From a virus: 64,000 nucleotides of DNA. The stretch's first letter is position 1. Every line of letters begins with the position of its first letter. The stretch is taken from the IMG/VR virus record IMGVR_UViG_3300007722_000007, positions 1 through 64,000 of that record; one strand, written 5' to 3'. A model generated the notes under the pieces. It saw nothing but the letters and a program-made list of their open reading frames with translations, ran no database searches and was not told the DNA's origin. The position numbers and the translations under genes are program-made. Shown piece after piece: positions 60,101-64,000 of the stretch.

Positions 60101-63100
60101 TGGTCGGGCATATCGGCCAAAACTATCCCCGTGACAAAAGGGAATCTGGATCCTGGAGCCCTGTGGCCGACAATATTAGGACGGAGATCGCGCGGGGGTA
60201 TCAATTCCCGAAAAAAAGAAATGGATCCATGCGGATATCCCTGGGCTCGCGATACCGACAGGCGGAGCTTGTCCGGGAGGCGGCAGAACTACTAGACACG
60301 ATGTACGAACGGGCGAGAAACGGAACGCTTAGATTGGAAGATTATGCGACATCGTATGATCAAAAAACCGAAAAATTAAAACTGGATGCCTTTAATCCCA
60401 AGACGCCAGCGTCCGTACTCAAAGGAGAAATGAGCCTATTCAGGGCCATCACCCTGGTGATGACCGCCGCATCAGTTGGTGCCCGCACGCCAAAAGATAG
60501 AGATTTAATCGACGGCTTGACGCAGGAAGTTTATCAATGGGCCGACCACTTCCTCCCGTTCTATTCATCAAAACGGCCCTTTGTTGGGAGTCTTCCACGG
60601 AAAATTTCGTCAACGGACCCGACCGGCTCAATGGGCGGCATACGAAGTCCCAGAGAAAGATTTGCTAAGTTAAAAAATAGCAAATACGCCAGTCTTGAAT
60701 TGCGCTGGGCCGCATTTGATGCCGCGGCAAGTGATCTAATTTACGAATCCGCCGCATCGGTACCGATATCCAATAAGCTACTGCAACTTGAAACCCTTCT
60801 TGACGACCTAATTAACGAGCAGTGGGCGCAGGCCAGCGGGCTCAAAACCGCACTTGAAATAATTTCAAGCCATGTCGACGACATGATCCAGGGCGGTCTT
60901 CCATTGCGCTTAACTGCGGAACTTACTAGATCATTTGATACCTTCGCCGGCCGCATGCGAAAAAAATACCAAGACGACCCGCTCCTAGCTTCTGCGTTTT
61001 CCAGTGTGAATCTATACTCGGTACGGAGCCGTAGTAAGCGTCGCAGGGGACTTAAGCCGATAGAGCTACTTAATGAGCGCCTAACAATGCAGAATAGCCT
61101 ATTGGATGATGCAATTACAAATAACCAGACCGCACGGGCCGAAAACTTGCGGGTGGCGATTAGCGTAACCGTCCGTAACATCAACGAAGTAACGCCTCCT
61201 CCCCGGGGGGCGCCGAAGAAGTTTGAATGGGAGGGCGACGATGAAACCCCCGTTTCTGGCTCCATGGCCGGTCGTTATTCACCACATCAGCTAACACTGT
61301 CCAATTTGGTCACGGGGTTACATGATTCGCCAGAGTTTGCCAAACATTGGCAAAGCATGGATGACAATAATGAATTATTTTGGAAGTATCGGTTGGAGTC
61401 GCAGCAGGAACCGGCAGGGCTTTCTAGTATTACGTTCAACTGGACCGACGAAGTGTCCAGAAACGCATATTTACGATTACTCACATCGGGCAAACAGTTT
61501 CCGCCGATATATCGCACTCCCGGCGGAAGAGATGGGGCTATTTTCCCGAAATCATCGTTACATAAAAATTCAGAGATGGCAAAAAATATAAGTGAGTATA
61601 TTGCCGATGAACTCGGAGTCGGAATGTACATACGGGGGAGGTATCCATATTATGCTGACATGTTTAGCACCCTGGCTACATTTTCGCTTACTCCGTCTAG
61701 CGGTGTTGCTGGATCAAAGGCCGTAAGCGATATTCTGTCGTATCACTCCGAGGAACTGAATCCAACCCAGTTTGCATACAGGTTTGAAACCTGGATTCGG
61801 GATCCAGATATGGTTATGGAGAATGCAAAAACCGGCAAGGAAACCGGCGTGCGGAAATTTTTCAATAACGACCGCATCAAAATGATGATGGAATTCAACA
61901 AACGAATTGATGGGCTTTACGACATCATAGAAGAAAAGGCTCCGCAACAAACGTTTGATAATTTCAGACCGCGAAGAATCCCCGGGCGGTACGACGGGGA
62001 TATTTCGTCGTCATTAAAAACAACGGCATTGCAAACAATACTTTCAGCGAATTTAGAAACTGACTCCGAAACGGTACATTCATTAACAAAACGAGTGAAC
62101 GCGCAATTGAACCGATGGAATAATTTTGATTTCGCAACAGCCGAAGATATTGTTAATATTTTGGCGGCAACCGAACCGAGCCTCTGGAATAAAATCAAAA
62201 TCGACCTAGACGCACCGGTTAATCCGCTGAGCGGAATACCCATAGAAGAACTCGATGCGAATAAAGATATTTTGTCGATCATTATGGACGACTATAAGAA
62301 TTTGTCATTTTATGAAATAAAAGAACTATTAGCACAGGGATCCCACGCTGATCTCTATGATGATGAAGCCATTCGCGCGTTGCTTTCGGAAATGGGCGTA
62401 ACGGACCTTCAGGTTAGAGATACCGCAAACCCGTCTGGGTCAATGACACAGGGTGCGGGAAACGACGAGAGTTCAAATATTGACTGGTGGAAGATCCCCG
62501 ATCCGGAAAAAATGGCGCTACTACGGCAAGACTTTGATCGGCTACATATTCTTAGGGCCAATAAGAAGGCACTTGAAATGTCGCCCGATGAAGAGCGCCA
62601 ATTCAGGGTAACGCAATGGAAAAAATCTCAATTAGAGAAAATAATTGACGCCGACTGGGTCGCGCTCGGCCCATTCCCGAAAACAAATGCCCTAAGGGAT
62701 TTACATAACCTTGCGCTGGAGGCCACCGATTCAGATGTAACCTTTTCGGGTAAAATTTATGGTTTTACCGATAGTCAAATATCCACAATATTTGATGAAA
62801 TATCGTCTGGGCTCCCAAACTCGACCGATATTAAGCGACGTGGGGAATTTGTCGACCATATCAATGGTCGGCTATCCGTTCGTGGAGATGACGCACCAGC
62901 CATAGTGCCGGACATTTGGGCCCCGGAACCAACGCGGAATGAATTACTTGAGTTTACAACCCCCAAAGAGGCAGCCGAAATTCTCGGTGAAAATTTTGAC
63001 TTTGACCGTGCGTTTTTGGCACAACTTTTGAACGGCCCATCATCGGAAATGTCGCCCGAAATTAGGACGGAATTACTTCGGATAACCAATGATCGTGCCG

Positions 63101-64000
63101 ACGGCGACGCTGATCCGGCCGCTGTCCAGTACGCTCCAACTCCGCAACAGCAAATGCAAAATTTCCTGATTAATAGTATAGACGAATCCGTTAATTCAGC
63201 CGAGGATTTTGTCGACAGTTTGTCACGGGAACAATTGTCTGTTATTTCCGATCACGTAAGCTCTGGGCAGGGGCAACCTCGGACATTAAGTAGAGAGGAT
63301 AACGAAGCCGAACGGACAGAGCAATTCAGACAGCAGTCCGCTTTGGGTATTTCGCATTATTCCGCTACCCAAACTGGTAGAAACCAATTACGCACGATCG
63401 CATCTTTGATGAAGGAAAATACAAAAGTTCAGCTCGCCGATGATGTAATTGATAAAATCATTTTAAGTGCAAGCCAAGATGAGATCTCCTTTGACGCCGC
63501 GCTTCGGGCGTTATTCCCAATTGATAACTATAACGATATGGGTGCAATATGGTTCCATGTAGTCAAACCGCTAACGGGTGTAGATAGCGACATCGCACGC
63601 GAACTGCAAGATGTTGCAAATGAGTCGACAGCACGAATGCGACGACACGCGTTCGTTTTGGCAATTCACGGGAATAAAGCCAAAAATGAACTTCGGCACA
63701 CGCTCTATAATTTTGTCAAGAAGTACCCCGTTGACGGCGTCGGATCGGTTCGTATTGCTGGGTCAAACGAGACCACCAATGACATTGCCGATCTTTCGGC
63801 GGATGACCAAAATATAATTCGCTCGATTCAATTTGACACAATCAGTTCATACGATGGTACGACAGAATCCGCAAATCGGATAATAGGCGCGTTGACGTCT
63901 CAACAAATTGAACGACTATTTGAGAAATTCATTCTGCCGGCGCTTCATAAAAGTAATCCCGGCCTGGCCAATAAAAGGTCCATCAACCAAGCCAGAATAA
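57169..64000 (+). CDS. giant multi-module protein, >2277 aa, truncated by the window end
   Basis: ATG GCC GAA AAT at 57169; no stop seen in this frame and no terminated ORF in the track; carries the WMPC motif, 33-aa tag and four xSGSM motifs. Confidence 0.88.
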   Translation, partial: MAENTDTGDCCPIAPDDGADQINQKSVGFGPRRVRSDGHDVFVDKESARERSRQLGCIGIRQYNSVSGGFVWMPCSNESDYRRVTGVGVLAGRRSERDLSRRIARILKKKTDEVKALGPPIGGPQRDMNPATARNADNDPFVLEGIPTINRGRGVIDPTPGSDVAIPAPSTPDAPELSDTANRASDIDGPDLPTRPDPGAAPSDKPSIARSPKKPSTRRASIAPTDSLAPKIDTEPRRNTARDTVPAATGAMRGDKVTPARFILPENDELVRRVKGAIAKWLDGTPERERSNLLQRNDRSGRNNFFAQMYQDDAARSTLRSFIWGDIETADAAVAYWGGQFADSADRVITKIDTGTLNEADYVDAFRLYQKAVSQAPDFSRGIMDTYAVADPGIDEEVLFSNLSGWTLPTTIESMTPNTTPLQSFGAQGIIAITDIFRAAVSQLKFPVQRENAQTFPEGNKLRAGFTANRAVYPHDYGNVLLRRLLDVSNSVRNANSEPIRETILGSALNSFAMYVAAHGVLVHDSDLMDSSFGIMNNLLEQLLADKESTAVLAKMGQLFDLLDTHLVDYTEARRRARLEIIAAAKENGLLRKSEDLFDNDVPLAVAEHLDNSKQAFSTRNEHVAAVIAPIGEDKLRRVMRDIFARNNYLDGSTIEKYSPASPGDAIALASELNPPQRDRNITRLSTENAKAFESITSYLYSDNPIFLVDNNDQIQLWANLLQYGKRRMLHRTLKQMSPKKRAEFMAVDPETADVLLDSAKESWLSHRQINEGFGPDNYPLDDNINATLTNYPIEDVHYRIPQRITDSSSNPLVLIANALRLRQYQLDRVNNNDYTNSIRALIDGLLGGNPKQSNKIFDLMILPSPAALLIDRYANSIPNFLHTLGEYDNDIQGNNRGQFRNNDSVYPNTMTALGVLGDAKHALAGLAGNMDEYANMASRRMVLITDDLIDRENYDIDPLVENYLNAAPFGYGPSGSMVGHIGQNYPRDKRESGSWSPVADNIRTEIARGYQFPKKRNGSMRISLGSRYRQAELVREAAELLDTMYERARNGTLRLEDYATSYDQKTEKLKLDAFNPKTPASVLKGEMSLFRAITLVMTAASVGARTPKDRDLIDGLTQEVYQWADHFLPFYSSKRPFVGSLPRKISSTDPTGSMGGIRSPRERFAKLKNSKYASLELRWAAFDAAASDLIYESAASVPISNKLLQLETLLDDLINEQWAQASGLKTALEIISSHVDDMIQGGLPLRLTAELTRSFDTFAGRMRKKYQDDPLLASAFSSVNLYSVRSRSKRRRGLKPIELLNERLTMQNSLLDDAITNNQTARAENLRVAISVTVRNINEVTPPPRGAPKKFEWEGDDETPVSGSMAGRYSPHQLTLSNLVTGLHDSPEFAKHWQSMDDNNELFWKYRLESQQEPAGLSSITFNWTDEVSRNAYLRLLTSGKQFPPIYRTPGGRDGAIFPKSSLHKNSEMAKNISEYIADELGVGMYIRGRYPYYADMFSTLATFSLTPSSGVAGSKAVSDILSYHSEELNPTQFAYRFETWIRDPDMVMENAKTGKETGVRKFFNNDRIKMMMEFNKRIDGLYDIIEEKAPQQTFDNFRPRRIPGRYDGDISSSLKTTALQTILSANLETDSETVHSLTKRVNAQLNRWNNFDFATAEDIVNILAATEPSLWNKIKIDLDAPVNPLSGIPIEELDANKDILSIIMDDYKNLSFYEIKELLAQGSHADLYDDEAIRALLSEMGVTDLQVRDTANPSGSMTQGAGNDESSNIDWWKIPDPEKMALLRQDFDRLHILRANKKALEMSPDEERQFRVTQWKKSQLEKIIDADWVALGPFPKTNALRDLHNLALEATDSDVTFSGKIYGFTDSQISTIFDEISSGLPNSTDIKRRGEFVDHINGRLSVRGDDAPAIVPDIWAPEPTRNELLEFTTPKEAAEILGENFDFDRAFLAQLLNGPSSEMSPEIRTELLRITNDRADGDADPAAVQYAPTPQQQMQNFLINSIDESVNSAEDFVDSLSREQLSVISDHVSSGQGQPRTLSREDNEAERTEQFRQQSALGISHYSATQTGRNQLRTIASLMKENTKVQLADDVIDKIILSASQDEISFDAALRALFPIDNYNDMGAIWFHVVKPLTGVDSDIARELQDVANESTARMRRHAFVLAIHGNKAKNELRHTLYNFVKKYPVDGVGSVRIAGSNETTNDIADLSADDQNIIRSIQFDTISSYDGTTESANRIIGALTSQQIERLFEKFILPALHKSNPGLANKRSINQARI
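57550..57648 (+). repeat. 33-aa shared motif, copy 3
   Basis: MNPATARNADNDPFVLEGIPTINRGRGVIDPTP. Confidence 0.95.

Noticed and set aside
31014-62445. xSGSM as internal translation starts (GGGAG/GGA resembling an SD before ATG)
   Set aside because: The G-rich codon is only 1-3 nt from the ATG and the codons vary synonymously; a peptide-level function fits better, though this is not formally excluded
1-64000. Stop-codon reassignment or read-through as the cause of the giant ORFs; tRNA genes
   Set aside because: The ORFs are open under the standard code and TAA, TAG and TGA all end genes; no cloverleaf was seen in the few intergenic gaps

Overview
64 kb of a large tailed phage genome with a contractile tail. 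An Actinobacterial host is likely but only inferred. The left part (1-26.7 kb, minus strand) holds, in transcription order: a terminase carrying a class 3 intein, recombination genes (Rad52-like annealing protein, PD-(D/E)XK exonuclease, HNH, RuvC), a ParB/PAPS-reductase/ParB cluster, then neck, sheath, tube, frameshifted tail chaperone, tape measure, baseplate and holin genes. The right part (26.7-64 kb, plus strand) is a greatly expanded head module: a portal-MuF fusion, a 2.75k-aa protein that starts with an HK97-type prohead protease, and a run of further giant ORFs. The last ORF (57169->64000) is missing from the ORF track because it has no stop in the window. Main candidate novelty: the giant proteins look like polyproteins. 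A [P/V/I]-[S/T]-G-S-M motif recurs 17 times, is encoded by varied codons, and falls between recognisable modules (sigma70 region-4 HTHs, WYL domains, an OGFr-like domain, HExxH metallopeptidases). Several of these proteins also share short tags: a 33-aa NPxTARNADND...DPTP motif, RC-x(9-10)-FT-x6-C and GCxG...WMPC. This suggests a system that loads effectors into the capsid and cuts them apart by proteolysis. A second candidate is an intergenic small RNA whose 5' end is a perfect 17-nt antisense match to the 23S rRNA helix 69-71 region. No major capsid gene, tRNA or CRISPR array was recognised. All domain calls come from reading motifs by eye, not from database searches.
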